A program made the position numbers and the translations under genes. The notes beneath the pieces are model-generated. The model was not told where the DNA came from and did no database searches. It was given only the letters and a program-made list of their open reading frames with translations. A stretch of 64,000 nt of DNA from Eledone cirrhosa (taxonomy: Eukaryota), in NCBI GenBank assembly GCA_964016885.1, contig OZ024740.1, forward strand, positions 57,784,001-57,848,000. Reading direction: 5' to 3'. Shown here piece by piece: positions 30,625-44,429 of this stretch (within the stretch, counting starts at the first letter, position 1; each line of letters begins with the position of its first letter).

Positions 30625-30942
30625 AGTGAAGAGAAGATCTCCTTGAGTGACCATGGGATTTGCACCTAGAAAGTTTCCCTCCGAGGCACAAGTCCAAGCA
30701 AGGTTGTTTGTGGAAAATCGGCAGTCACCAATACATACCAGTCTCCCCTCTCCACGCCACCGATGATGTTCAAGGGAAAGGCAATGGCCGATACAACTTG
30801 ACACCAGTGACGTCTCAACTCATTTCTACAGCTGAGTAAACTGAAGCAAAGTGAAATAAAGTGTCTTGCTCAAGGACAACACATCACGCGGTCCGTGAAT
30901 CGAACTCACAACCTTTCGATTGCAAGCCCAATGCTCTAAGTA
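30625..30942 (-). mobile_element. tRNA-derived CORE-type SINE
   Basis: Minus strand tRNA-like head with B-box GAGTTCGATTC, then TGTCCTTGAGCAAGACACTTTATTTCAC...ACTCAGCTGTAGAAATGAG core. Confidence 0.75.
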
Positions 30943-30959
30943 GCGACAGCATAACGATT

Positions 30960-33900
30960 CTCCCGTTAGCTTATAATTATGTCCGAATCGTTAGAGCGTC
31001 GGACAAAATTCTTTGCAGCATTTAGTCCCGCCAAGGTCAATTTGCCTGTCATCTTTGAGGGATCTGTACAATCGCCTATTTCCACTCCATAAATTATTAG
31101 CCCTGGGCCTAAATTAGAAATCATTATGAATTTAGCCGAGTTATTAAAACATCTGATATCATTTTTCATATTTCATTTCGTGCCATACAGTTCTGAGTTC
31201 AAATCCCAACGATTCTTTATAATACGTATTAAAATAAATTACTATTATCCAAAATCATCATTGTATCATATAGGTCGGTGATAGATATTTTGCGAAGACA
31301 TTCTGCAATCCAATACAGTAGACCTCCGGCATTCGCAGTCCCGATTATTCGCGGAATTTTCCTTAGAAACCTAATAATTGTTCGTGGAAAATATTCGCGG
31401 AATCGTAAATATCTTCACGATTTTCTTTATAGCTTTTTACGGCAATATACATTTTTTAACACTAAATTATTAACAGTATACCGTATTAGCTGGTCTATTG
31501 GACGCCCCTGCGCATAAGATTCTCCCTCGTTTTTTATTATATTTTCACGTTTCTATACGTTTTTCTGGACCACGTCCACTATTCGCGGTGCTCTATTAAA
31601 TAAGAAGTCAACACATTAGATAAAGACAGCATTCTGGTCACATCTCTGGTCTGCTCATTTAAGGTTAATAACAAATATAGATACAACACCGATAATCCGG
31701 CACTCTTGGTTCCAGTGCGGTGCCGGATTATCTCTTCTGTCGAACTATATAATTCACTAAAAATATATTAGGAATTCGGAAACAATCTCCATATAGCTAA
31801 AATATAATAATATGAATGCGCAAATGTTTAAAATTAAATCTGATGAAATGAGCTAATTGAGTAACGACTTAACAATTCTCGCGGGTCGCGGGAATTTCAA
31901 GTGTCCACTCTTAATTATATCCGGATAAAAAGACATATCGGATCATCAGTTGACAGAAAATCGGTATTGTGTATATAACAGCAGCAAAACATCGAAAATC
32001 CAGACATCTACAGCGCCTTTACTTTTAAGAGGTACCTTGTTTTTGCTGTTTAACCCTAGGTCTGCACTAAACGAACAAACCTAATATCCGATTCATTGAA
32101 AAGATACAGCGATCAATTATTTGGTGGAAACTATTCAATTTCACGAGTGAGCGAGTGGAGAAATTTCAGTGTTCTTATAGAATATGCGAAATGAGCTTCG
32201 CAAAAATCAATATTAGCACGTTTTTGATAAACAAATTGCAAACTGAATGAAGGAAATAAACTATTTCCTTCCTATACATATGTTGTACTTGTTAAATACG
32301 CTTGTTCTGAAATAATTATAGCATATATTTAGCATGTAGCAACACAAGTGTTTACCTTTAAAGATGTTATGGTTGCTTGTCTGAAAGGTCTATCAGAAGA
32401 AGTAGCTTTGTTATCGCATATAGGTGCCTTGACAACATATTTGTCCATATTTCTTATCTTCCTTACAACTGCGAAGCAAAGTAATCTCACCGAGTCATAA
32501 GGAATACTACGCAGCTTCCGTTTACAATACAGCACACACCGTACATATGTAAACATGCGTGGAAACATATACATATATATTTATTTGTGCGCACGCACAC
32601 ACGTACTCTCTCTGACACACAGACACACACGTGTGTGTATGTATTCATTTTATTAAGGCTAAATAGTGAGTCTTGATATTCTAGAGTTTCGCCTGTTTAT
32701 CACGGATATCAGACAAGAACTAACGTTTCAATATTCCCTTGTGTGTCTTTTATGTTTATGTGTATACACATATATATTTATTTTTTTACATATATGTAAG
32801 CACCCGCGTATGTGTATGTATGTATATACGTTTGTATATATATATGTTTATGTAAATGTGTAATTGTATACATATTTATATTCCATCCACCACTTCATCC
32901 TCCCATTCCCACCAACCTTTTCATTAACCCTCCCCCCTATACAACCACCTTCACATTCAACACCTGCCTTTCAGTTAAAATTCTATGGCTATGTCTATTA
33001 TCACCCATTATCATCTTTCTTTTTTTTTACAATCAGGGAATTAGAGATGCCATCCGGGAAATAAGTCCTTCTTGTGCTTGCAGTACAAGCAGGCACAGAG
33101 ATAGTAAAGGTGTCCAAAGTTGCGACATGGGAAGAATTTGGTATAAAGCTGTGTAACGGAATATTGTGTGGTTGTAACGATAAGTGGATGGATGGATGTA
33201 ACTGTTGGTATGGTGGTTTCGATGTAAAGAAAAATACCAGGATTGTGTTGTTACAAAGTTTATTTCATTACAACAATATTCAATTTGAATATTGAATGAT
33301 AAAATAATTGACACAAAATATTCATACAATAATTTGGTGGCTCTTCGAGCCACGTAAATTCAAGTATCACAGAATACGATTATAATATGTGTAAACAGAA
33401 ATGAATGGTGCGTGTACAAATGCTGGACTCACTATGAATGCGTGTGCGCGGCGTATCCGTATATTTACTTATTTATATTGCAGGGGTCAGCGATCAGCCA
33501 GGAAGGTGAGAATAAGTGGCAGACTGGTTTTTCGTGACGAGAGCTTGTAAAAGCGACTTGTCTTGTCTGTATCCCACTTCTTTTCTGTCGGGGCGTGACC
33601 AACTCCTGTATTTATAAGAGTTGAAGTTAGAAGGATAGATATATCCTCTGAACTTTGGTTAGTCTCCCAAGGGATTAGTTTGCCAACCGTAAACAAGTCA
33701 GAAAGATGGATATATCCTCTGACCTATTTTCTGTCAGGCGTAAACACCTCTGACCTGTTTTTAGCCTCTCCCAAGGGGTTAGTCTCTTGAGCGTAAACAA
33801 GTTACCACGGCTTGTCCCAGAGGCGGGAAAGCTCAGATTCGGTTTCGAATCTTCGCCGCCGTTATAGCTGTAATCTGACTTCAGATCAGCAAATAAAATA
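30960..33900. promoter_or_regulatory. CpG-enriched promoter-like region around the TCEANC2-like first coding exon
   Basis: CpG density is visibly higher than in flanking non-TE DNA. It surrounds a first coding exon. TATAAATA on the minus strand at 33609-33616. Confidence 0.45.
32356..32448 (-). CDS. TCEANC2: First coding exon of a TCEANC2-like gene (TFIIS N-terminal/central domain protein 2)
   Basis: Minus strand ATG at 32448 reads MDKYVVKAPICDNKATSSDRPFRQATITSLK, then a phase-0 donor AAG|GTAAAC. This resembles the TCEANC2 N-terminus as I recall it (MDKFVIRTP...KVYKQATIESLK). It lies in the CpG-enriched, non-repetitive part of the window. Downstream exons were not located. Confidence 0.8.
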
Positions 33901-34089
33901 TTCTGGCAAACTATCTGCAAACTTGATAACAAGGAGTCCTCCTTGACGCCTGCTATCAGGAAGGCATCTGGAATCCTCCTCTCTTCAGAAAGGTACATCT
34001 TCACAAGGTAGAGAGAATACTTTACTGATCTCTTAAACCAGATCACAACAGCATCTTCTGATATACATGAGGTGCATCTGGGAGTGATG

Positions 34090-35390
34090 ACTAACCTCTT
34101 GGATGCTCAAGTCACAAGAGCAAAATGAACTCAAATGTGGCAAGCCTTCAAGGGTGGGGGATGAAATTCAGCCTGGGATGTTAAAAGCCTTAAATTGAGA
34201 AAGTATTCTCTGGCTGACTTATGTGTACCATGTAACCTGGATCTCTGGAAAGACACCTAAGCAATGGCAATCAGGACTGATAATCCCAATTTTCAAAAAG
34301 GCAGACGAAAGATTGCTCCAGTTATAGAGGGATTTCCTTGTTAAGCCTCCCAGGTAAAGTCTACGCTAAGTGTCTGTCAAAGAGAGAGGTAGGAAGATTG
34401 TCGAGTCCAAGGTAGCTGATGAACAGTGTTGTTTTTACCTTGGACACATCACAGCCGACCAATTATTCACACTGCATCAGGTCTTTGAGAAATTGTAGGA
34501 GTATTGCCAAGAGATGTATGCTTGTTTCATAGACCTGAAAATATGACCACGTTCCGTGAATCTGTTGTGGAAGGTCCTGTGGGAGTATGGGTTTGATGGA
34601 CAGCTTCTTGTTGTCCCGATGTATCCCCAGAATTTGTGTTTGGATAAATTGTACTAAGTCAAAACCATTCAATGTGGGTATCAAACTCTACTAAGAGTGG
34701 GTACTGTCACTTCTCCTGTTTCTAATCTTCATGAACAAGATTGACATGTGCAGCCGAGCTGGAAATATTATCAAGACGAGCAGGTATACGATCAGTCAAC
34801 TGAATTTGCTGATGACATGGTACTTAATTTGTCAGAAGGTGATCTCTGATATGGAGTTGATAAGTGTGCTGCATAGCAGAAATGAAAATCACTGTTGTTA
34901 AGATTGAGACACTCGTCCTCTCAAGGAAACCTATGCAGTGCACTCTACATGTGAATGGAGTTCTACTGAAGCAGGTGAAAAGGTTCAAATATCTCGGGGC
35001 TGTATTCATGAATAATGGAAGGCAGGAGACTGAATTAAGTGCAAGAAATGCAGGAGCTGTTGCAGTAATGCACCAGCTTCAGCATTCTGTGATCAGAAGA
35101 AGGGAGGTAGGTGTAAAAGCCAAACTTATCTTCAATTTGGTATTTATGCCAACCCTTACCTTCGATCACAAATACCAGATGCCAAAATGGTGTTCATCCA
35201 AAGGGTCTTTGGAGTATCATTACTTGATAGAAAAGCAAACAAAAAATGCTCAGAGGAAAGCACTCTCCCTTAAATTAATGGTAGTCCCATTGAAAATATT
35301 ATCAAAAAGAAAATGAGTGGGAAAGACAAAATCTAATTACCTTAGAAATCAGAGTCGCTCCAGGTAGCGCTATTACTTCTCCAAAATGAG
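34090..35390 (+). mobile_element. Degenerate RTE LINE without PHD insert
   Basis: Decayed YRGISLL, FADD-like and LKQVKRFKYLG motifs. Short linker between RT domain 7 and FKYLG. Confidence 0.75.
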
Positions 35391-35779
35391 AGATCACAGC
35401 TCCAATAGTACGGTCATGCAGTTAGAACATCTCAGGAAAAGGAGCTTGAATGCAGAAATAGCTGTAAAACAGCTAGCTGCTATGATAATCATAGCAAAAT
35501 CTTGGGTTAAACAAAACCCCTCAATAAACAGAAGAGAGACAGAAAAGTCAAGATGGAGAGAGAGAGAGAGAATGAAAGGAATAGAGTGTATGGCATATGA
35601 TGAGAGATTAGAGAGAGAAGAAAAGAATGAATGAAAGTGATAGAGCATATAGTGTTGCCATGGAGAAGTAAGAATGGGATAACTGGAGAAAAGCAAGGTT
35701 GATAAAGATAAAAAAACAAACCATAGTATCAAATACCTCATCAGTTTGCTTCTAGCCACATGATTTCGTCCTTAGCCAT

Positions 35780-36290
35780 TATTTTTAGCCTCTGAGGCAA
35801 ATACCATCTGTGCCATGAGTGGAGGTGCTAACAACATGTAGCCTTCTCAGATCAAAGACTTGGTGTCATTCCACATTGATGGGGCTGGGTATTGCCTACT
35901 GAGTATAATTATTGCACTTGCTAATAAGTTCATTGGCAGAGCCCTGAAACCCTATCCCTGCAACTTAATGCTGAGAACAATGCTTTCAGCTGACTGGCTA
36001 GCTGCCTAGGTCATCTGTAGGTCTGTTGCCTCTGAACTGGGTGAGGAACTAAGCTGTGTAACTCGGGGTTGGTGTGGCTGGTGGATTTAAGGGGGCTGCT
36101 TGTGTTGCAAGGCAATTCATCAACGTTTGCCCACCCAAGTTTGCAACGACAAGACTTTATATTTCATTATCAAGCTTGATATGAAGAATGCCTTTAACTG
36201 TCTGCACCATGAGCAATTGTTTGAAATTTGCCTCAGTCAAATGACGAATACATTTAATTTGAATAAAATGGGGCCACTCTTCCCTTGATA
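35780..36290 (+). mobile_element. CRE-clade RT remnant
   Basis: QLGVGVAGG-like and IKLDMKNAFN motifs. Confidence 0.55.
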
Positions 36291-36699
36291 TCCAAATCGT
36301 GTGTTTATTTTGCTTGATAGTTAATGCAGCCATGGGTGTATACTTCGTTTAGCACCCAAGACATGTTTCTAAAATCACAGCACTATACAGGGGTCATTTT
36401 AATGTAACATAAAAAGAAATACCAGCTTGAAAATCTATTTTATACAGTGAAACAAACACAAATGATGATGATCGACATCTCTAAATAATTAAAAAACCAA
36501 AACTCGCTTTTGCACTTTCCAAGCACTTAATAATTTTAGATAACCTCATACAATGTGATATCACACATTGTGATCGACAGTTATGATAAAATTAGAAAAC
36601 AAGTTTCATTAAGATCTAATGTTATGATAAAATTATGAACCAGGTTAAATTAGTCAATTTTAATCATGAGTACATAGGCCTACTCTCCAGTAATTTGGT

Positions 36700-37420
36700 T
36701 GAAAAGTAACAGGTAATAAAACAGAACAGGTTTATCTGGGAAGAGGTATCAAGTTGTGCTTTTTCCTTATGCACTGGCTGCTTTTTGTAAAATGTATCTA
36801 ATGTGTGCATATTCTTAAGTCTTCTCTCTCAAAGTAATTCAGAGTAGCAGGATATTATGTCTCAAAATAAATCCTCTTTCTGTTTCTCTCACAGTCAAGG
36901 TAATTCTTCATAGATTAGACCACAATTTCCTTAATTTTAATGATGCCATTATTCAGGAATACAATAGTCAGAATTCTTTCTAGTATCACTGGTTCTACAG
37001 TGGGGTCTTCATGTTAATTATTGATGTGTTGCTGAGCTAACTCCTGCAGCTATTCAACTGATACAATTATACTAAGAGATTCTATTAACTCCTCCAAATC
37101 TTCCACATTTACAGTTTGCATTCTCCCATCATTGGCTGATTCAACAACATCATTATTGACTGCTAATACTATTTCTTCATTAAATTTTAGGAAGTCATGA
37201 AATACGTTTGACCTCAACTTCTTCAAATCTCTAGGCATATAGTATTCAGCTACTTTACCCCAAGTACTTTTGATATTTATCCTAGCCTTCGTCATGATGG
37301 TTTGTTTCTTCAACAAATTGTTTGAAAAGGTGATGATGGCAGGTCTAGATATTAGAGATTACCTGCTGATTCATGGGCAGTAAGAAAGGAATGTTTAGTG
37401 CTAGGTTAACTACTTCAACA
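36700..37420 (-). mobile_element. Tigger/pogo transposase remnant
   Basis: NIKSTW...KKL...HDF.KF...VEDLEELIES resembles the Tigger C-terminal region. Confidence 0.55.
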
Positions 37421-38779
37421 GAAATGCAAATCTGAAGGGTGTAGATATTTTAAGTGTGAACTGGAATATTATCAATCACTAACAATTTCTTATGTTCTTT
37501 GCAATATTTTATCCATGTAGGACAAGAGTATGAAACAAAAACATCACCATTATCATCATCACTGTTTTACCTTGACTTTTCTATGCTGGCATGGGTTGGA
37601 CAGCACATTTTGAGGTAATATTTTACAGTGGGGTGCCCTTCCTGACACCAACCCTTTTAGTTGTCTCTTACAACATGCAGGAATGTGGTGTATCTATTCT
37701 ATACTGGATACAAATTCACTGTGTATACATTACAGTTATCGAGGCTTTATTGTTTGATTTACAAATCACAAGCAAACACATTTATGATATTTCCTATATT
37801 GGTTGTGGCATTTTGGAATGATAAACTGTCACTGACCTCAGCATAAAGCCCCCTTGTCAAGTAGTTATGTATACAATCTGTTCCAACATTGAAACAAGAA
37901 GTTTTTTTTTTCTTTTCTGAAGATGAAAATACAAGTTGGCATTCTTTTTCATGAAAAGACCTGTCCCATCTACCTTGAAAACAAGTTGGTGTGAGTAGTT
38001 ACCATCAGTGCCAGATTTAGGACAAATGTGGTCCTGTGCTAGTTAAGTTATGAGATGAGGCCCTTTACTTGGGCCCTGAAGGAAGTAATTAATTGGAAAA
38101 AAAATTTTTGTCATCGTTTGAATATTTAAAATCAACCTTCTGCTTGTTGTGAATGCTTCTGAATTATTTCCTTCTTGTAATTGCCAGAAGATACTCTTTG
38201 GTTTTTCAAAATCAATTTACTTAGTGGCATTTTGTGTTGTCCAACAACTCAGCAAACATACCTGATAGTATTTTTTTAAATGTACTCCTTGAACAATTCT
38301 TCTTTGCGGATAACAATGGGATTGTCATGGCAGAAGCTTTTAGTTTTCAATCCTCAATATGACCAAATAAAATACTTACCTACATATGATTGATGTTTAT
38401 GAGCTTCTAATTACCTCAACACTTGTAATTTTATACCTAGTGTGATGCTTTTGTCAGCACCCTACCCTAAATGAACCTTCTATACTTGGAATTGCAGACT
38501 GTTATCCATTCATGATAGATAAACAATTGTTTGAACTACTTGGGGAGGATAGTGTACTGGCATCGCCATAGTCTAATAATTGAAAAGAACAAATGTCTAT
38601 GTTTGTTGTTTGTTTATATCCTATAACTTAAGGGTTTGACAAAAAAGAATGATAAAATAAGTTCTGGGGTTGATATGATCAGTTAAATCCTTTCATGGTA
38701 ATCTCCCTGTATGGCTGAAACAAGTAAAAGATTAAATGTGTGTGTGTATGTATGTACATATATATATATGTAAAAACCA

Positions 38780-39115
38780 TGTTCTCAGTACATGTAAACT
38801 GGTTGGCATTAGGAAGGGCATCCAGCAATAGAAACTAGCTCAAAACTAAGTGTATTAACATGACCTAATCACTTGACCTGTCTGGCCTCAGTACACGATA
38901 GCTGTCGAACCCATGCAAGCATGATAAATAAATGTTAAGCAGTGATGATATATATATATACGTATATATAATGATCACCGTTTAACTTCTATTTTCCATG
39001 TTTGCATGGGTTAGATGAGCTGTCATATACTGAGGCCAGACTAGTCAGGTGACCAAGTCTTGCTCATATGCTTAGTTTTTTACTTGGTTTCTATGACTGG
39101 ATGCCCTTCCTAATG
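38780..39115. mobile_element. Two RTE-tail/SINE fragments tail-to-tail across (TA)n
   Basis: 38780-38950 (+) and 38975-39115 (-) both carry AGGAAGGGCATCCAG and the CCATGCAA.CATG terminal hairpin. Confidence 0.75.
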
Positions 39116-40000
39116 ACAATACACACACACATTCACACACACACATACACACATCAAGGTATATGTGATTGTATCAGTAAAATATTGATAATATTGCTAA
39201 TTTTCTTTATACATGACAATAAGCTGCTTGTTATCGTTTCCATGGAAGTGTGTTAGTGATTCTTTTCCAATCTAATAAAATATTTCCTACGTTTATTGAA
39301 TTTTTAACATCAGACTAGTTTCATGGTTTACTGATCATTAAAAATCATGCAAACATTTCTGAATGTTTAAATAGATCGAATTTATTTATTTATTCATTTA
39401 TTTATTTATTATTTTTTTTTTTTTCTTGTGAATGAAAGTATAACATATGAATGCAGATTGTTGTAAAATTACAATCCAATGAATGTTATTTGAAATAAAT
39501 ATATAAATGCCCCTTTAATGTTAAGTGAAATATAAATTAATAACCGTTTACATACAATGAAAAATATTGTAATTCTTATAAGTTATTCATCTTGGAAAGT
39601 TTTTCAAGTTATTTGCATTTTTCCCTTTTTTCACAAATTTGAGTTGAATCAAAATATACTTATAAGGGAATTAATCAGAAGTGAGTGCTTGTTTAATTAA
39701 ATAGGGAGACTGAAGATTTGAGAGGCTGTTTTTGATATCATTGATCAATGATTGTGAAAGTTATTTTAAATATTTCTCTATTTCTCTATTTGTTTTTCAC
39801 TCACATTAGGATAACAATGCCAAACTACATGTAAGATTTGTGTGTGCATTATATATAGATGACATTAACTCAAATGATTGTAATTTGATGCAAAATCGAA
39901 AAGGAATAATGTATAAGATGAAGAGAATATTAAACTCAAATCATTTATTATTGAAATATGTAAAATATAAGAAATATCTAAATAGCTAAAGATGTTTGTA

Positions 40001-40175
40001 TAATTGTTTCTACTTTTGACACAAGGCCAGCAAATATCCCAGTGTATTACTGGTACTTTATTTTATCGACCCCATAAGGATGAAAGGTAAAGTTAACCTC
40101 AGCGGGATTTGAACTCAGACCATAAAGGGCCGTAACTCTTTGCTGCAAAGCATGGCATCCGACACTTTACCGATA
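40001..40175 (-). mobile_element. (ATT)n-tailed tRNA-type SINE (other copies ~2190-2310, 19990-20150, 46876-46990, 59497-59645, 62072-62177)
   Basis: GAGTTCAAATCCCGC.GAGGTTAACTTT.CCTTTCATCCTTA.GGGGTCGATAAAATAAAGTACCAGT...GGCCTTGTG..AAAAGTAGAAACAATTA. Confidence 0.75.
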
Positions 40176-41091
40176 CAATGGCAGAAAGTAAGCTTTTTAT
40201 AACTTTTTTCCTGTCATTTTATGAGAAACAAAGAAAATCACAATATTAGAAATAAATATATAAATCTTAAACCATGTGAATAGAATTTTTTTTTTAGAAA
40301 AATAAATCCTATCACAAACTTCTAGCTTATTTTTCTTTTAACTTCTCACCATGCTGTGCAAATGGCGGATCTATGTCAGCCAATGTTTTAACTCACTTGT
40401 AATATCTATTTCCTATGGAAGTATGTCATCACTTAACAAGTATTATCTTAAGAAATGCCAAATGCTTATTTTCATCATTAACAGTTGGAAATGTTGTCGT
40501 TGTTCAAATTTTGTAATTGAAAATTAAATAGGAAAGTAGAAAAAAATATATATATTTAAAAAACACAGGTATACTCTTGAAAACGAAATTTCATTTTAAT
40601 AAAAAATATGAAACAAAATTAATAAAACTATAAGATAAAAGAAAACTTAATTAATGAAATAGAATTATCAAATATATAACTCAAATTAATTTATCAATCA
40701 TTTATGTTGGGTATTTTTTAAAAAATATTTTTATATTTAAGTCATTACATATTATTCTAAATGCATTCTTTCCTTCATCATCATCACGATCACCACCACC
40801 ATCATCATTATCATCATCATCATCATCATCCTTATTTTATGTTCACTTTCTATACTATCATAGATTGGACAGGTTGTGATGATTTTTCATTCAGAGTTAT
40901 TGCTCTTCTAAACAAATTCAAGGGGTTTGACTTGGCAGAATTAAAGGGTCCTCTTGACCCTATGTTGTCTATTGAGTGCATTTCACAGTGGCATTAGCTG
41001 TAATAAGCTTGCCCTGTATTTTGGAAGACAAAAGAAAGGTTACTGCTCTACATTGTCTCTTCTGTTCATTCAAGACAATGTGACTGAGAGA

Positions 41092-41213
<122 letters not shown>

Positions 41214-42339
41214 TAGCAGAAGAGGAAACATAATGGTATTTAGGTGAAAGGAAATGAGAATATAATGAGAGAAATAGAGTAATTAGTGTGAGAAGGTGGT
41301 AGAAGGAAGATTAATTGAAAGTGAAACAGTGCTAGAGGGAGTAACAGAAGAATCAAGGTGAGTGTGTGAAGGGAATGAGAGTGTGGTAGGAAAAACAGAA
41401 TGTAGAGTGGGGAGTAATGGAATGGAAGAGAGGATTTTCAAGAATGCAAAGCTAGAATATTGATGTTTTGAAAGAAGAATGGCTTATATCTGAAAATAAG
41501 AAGATTATTACTGGAGCCAAATTGTGAAAGTAGTTTAAAGAGAAGCATTACTGATTTTGAGGTAGCTTTCTTGATGAGAAGCACAAGAGATAACTAAAGT
41601 GGGATGACATTATATCTTTCTATATAATTAAATACAGAATGGGGAGGTTTTAAGAATGGGAAATAAAAAGTTATCACATTCAAGTCTTTCTTAAGAGCAT
41701 TAGGAATGGGATTACTCCAAATAGGAATCAAAACTGATTGCTGATTTGAATCATCTAGAGTTTGATATTAGTGTACAGTAATCCTCTTCAGTCTCACACA
41801 ATAATAGAACCAACATTATAAGTAAAAGGTTGATACTATTCTTGAAAATTTATTGACTTTTAATTATTATATTGTATAGTTTATATTCAAAAATTTGACT
41901 TGCTTTTCTTTTTGCCAAACAAAAGGTCGGAAAAACTCTTTAGCTAACCTCCCTAGTACTGGTGATGAATAAACACACTGAGTACAATCAGTAATGTGGT
42001 TGGTAATAGGAAGGGCATCCAGCCATAGAAAACCTGCCAAACAAAGAGTTGGGAGGACTCTTTACAATATTTAACTCTTATATCGCATGAAACCACATTG
42101 GCAAGACATTCTTGAAAAATCCAAAACAGCATTATGACTGCATCACATTAAAAATTAAATGTTTTACTCTAATATTTCAAATTTTTATAATTATCTCTCC
42201 TTTAGTAAAGTTAATATAATCATTTGAATTAACAACCCCATGCTTTTAGATATTTTCTACTAATTCATTACAGGATGTTAATAGTTAATAATAAGTTTCA
42301 ATTAAAAACATTGATCTAAATGTGCAACTACAAAACATA

Positions 42340-43598
42340 GGAGTTTGGACTGAAAAGTTCATAGGCCTATTATTAAAGAGTGATGCTAGAGCTGTAAAAT
42401 TTTGCATGCATTAATCTCAACTCTTTTTATTAATAACTGCATTGTTTCCTTCCAGGTAAACTGACATCTGACTTCTCAAAAAAAGATTTCAAAAGTAACT
42501 AGTAGTGACTTCTCTTGAAAATGGACAAAATTTGGTATCATGGTGTTATCAAGAACCTGCAGAAAAAAAATTTAGGCCCCAGGGACATTCATGCTGACAT
42601 GATTGCTACATATCGACAGTGCAAAACAGGAAAGCTGAATTTAGGAGGGTAAAGGAGAGTCATGAAGATGACCATAAGTCTGGACGTTCTGCAACTGCCA
42701 CCACCAAGGAAAACATTGATCATGCTCGTCACATGGCGATGGATGACAGGCAATTGACTATAAATAAAATAGTCAATGTTATTAGCATATTCTGTGAGAG
42801 AGTTGTGAATATTCTGCACAATTAATTTGGCATGACGAAGGTTTCTGCTCAGTGAGTGCCACATCTGCTGACATCTGATCAAAAGCACATCATGACAAAA
42901 TCTGACATTGTTTGAAGCAGATCCAGCTGGTTTCTTTGAATGTTTCCTAACCCAGGATGACTGTTGGGTTCATTCATCACTTTGAGCCAGAGACAAAGAG
43001 ACAAACCATGCAGTGGAAACACCCCCCCCCCCCTCACCTGCTCCAAAGAAGGCCAAGGTCATTTCATCTGCAGAGAAGATGATGGCCTTGTTTTTTGGGG
43101 ATGCAAAAGGCATTGTGTTTATTGACTATCTTCAAAAGGGCCACACCATCAATAGAGACTAATATGTCAGCTTGCTGAGGCTGTTACGAAAGGCTATCAA
43201 GACTAAACACCCAAGAAAACTGATGAAAGGGGTCTTGTTTCATCAGGACGATTCTCCAGCACACAACTCCTTGGTTTCAATTGCTGCTGTGCATGGCTGT
43301 GGCTTTAAACTGGTTGATCATCTTCCCTATTCTCCTCTCTCCTGATTTGGCCGCATCTGATTATCATCTGTTCCCCACCATGAAAAAACACTTGGCTGGG
43401 AACACATATTGCAGTACTGTTGATGACCTTTTTTTACTAACAGGATGAAAGCTTCTTCACCAATGGGACCCAAGCACATCAACACTAATAGAAGAAGTGT
43501 GTGGACCATAAAGGGGACTATGTTGAAAAATGAACCCCATTTGGTCACATTCTATGAGAGCATCTTGGTCAGCCTATTATCTTTTCAGCCAACTCTAG
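42340..43598 (+). mobile_element. Near full-length degenerate mariner (DD34D-type) transposon
   Basis: TIR-like ends ..CTGAAAAGTTCATAGGC / GCCTATTATCTTTTCAGCC. ATG at 42521. Remnants of WVPHLL, TQDD.WVH, HQDD.PAH and YSP.LA.SDYHLF. Confidence 0.85.
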
Positions 43599-44429
43599 TA
43601 AATGTCAAATGATCAAATGATCCATTATAAATTTGTGAAATTTTCATTACAGACACAAAATTTAAATAGATGTAACATAGATATATGTAATTTTGAGAAG
43701 TACAACTACTTTCACAGTAAAGCATTTGCAGATTGAAGCAATTAGAGAAAAGAAATAATAAATTGAAGGGAGACCATTTTGATAACAGATCAATAAATGC
43801 AAAATAGGGGCAATTGATATATATTTCAAACTGCCATCATAGGATAAAATTTCAATTTTTTTCTTTTAAATTGGAAGAGATCTTGCTAATTACCCTCTTG
43901 CTAAATTTTTCTTTCTTTCATTACATCAAATTTGCATTATTATGCAAATATTCATTGAATATTTTATAGGTTGAACAGATGGTGTCACCTACCACACATG
44001 TCAACTTTCAGATTCTTCACAAATACTATTTTAATGTCAATTATATTTCTGTTCAATTTATCGTAGCATTTATCAAATGGATATTAGATTAAGATTAAAG
44101 TTTAACTTTTCATTAATTAATTTTAGCTGCAATAATACCTTATTTGCATATTTAATTAGGTATTTCATTATATTTAAATATGTGTTGAGATGTTTGTGTA
44201 GTGAAACAATAATTGTGAAAAATTACTCCCAAATCTTTTTCTGAGCTGAAAATATTGTTCAGTTTAGTTCTGAGCGCAAGCATGGCTATGTGTTTTAGAA
44301 ATTTACTTTGTGCTCATATGGTTCCAGGTTTACTCCCACTGTGAGACACTCTAGGCAATTATACCATTTGCCACAGTGGTGGTTTGACCAATGCCTTATG
44401 AGTGAAAACCTGATATATATATATATATA

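Noticed and set aside
30880-30942. tRNA gene
   Set aside because: tRNA-like boxes belong to a SINE head; no complete cloverleaf.
31313-31745. Hairpins such as GATAATCCGGCAC...GTGCCGGATTATC as a novel RNA
   Set aside because: More simply explained as pogo/Tigger-type MITE subterminal palindromes; boundaries not resolvable.
33037-33295. Plus-strand ORFs after the acceptor at 33036
   Set aside because: ATG frame stops after MPSGK; other frames show no recognisable homology.
33337-33353. GTGGCTC-TTC-GAGCCAC hairpin resembling a histone 3' stem-loop
   Set aside because: Lacks the canonical 6-bp stem with UUUC loop, and there is no histone ORF nearby.
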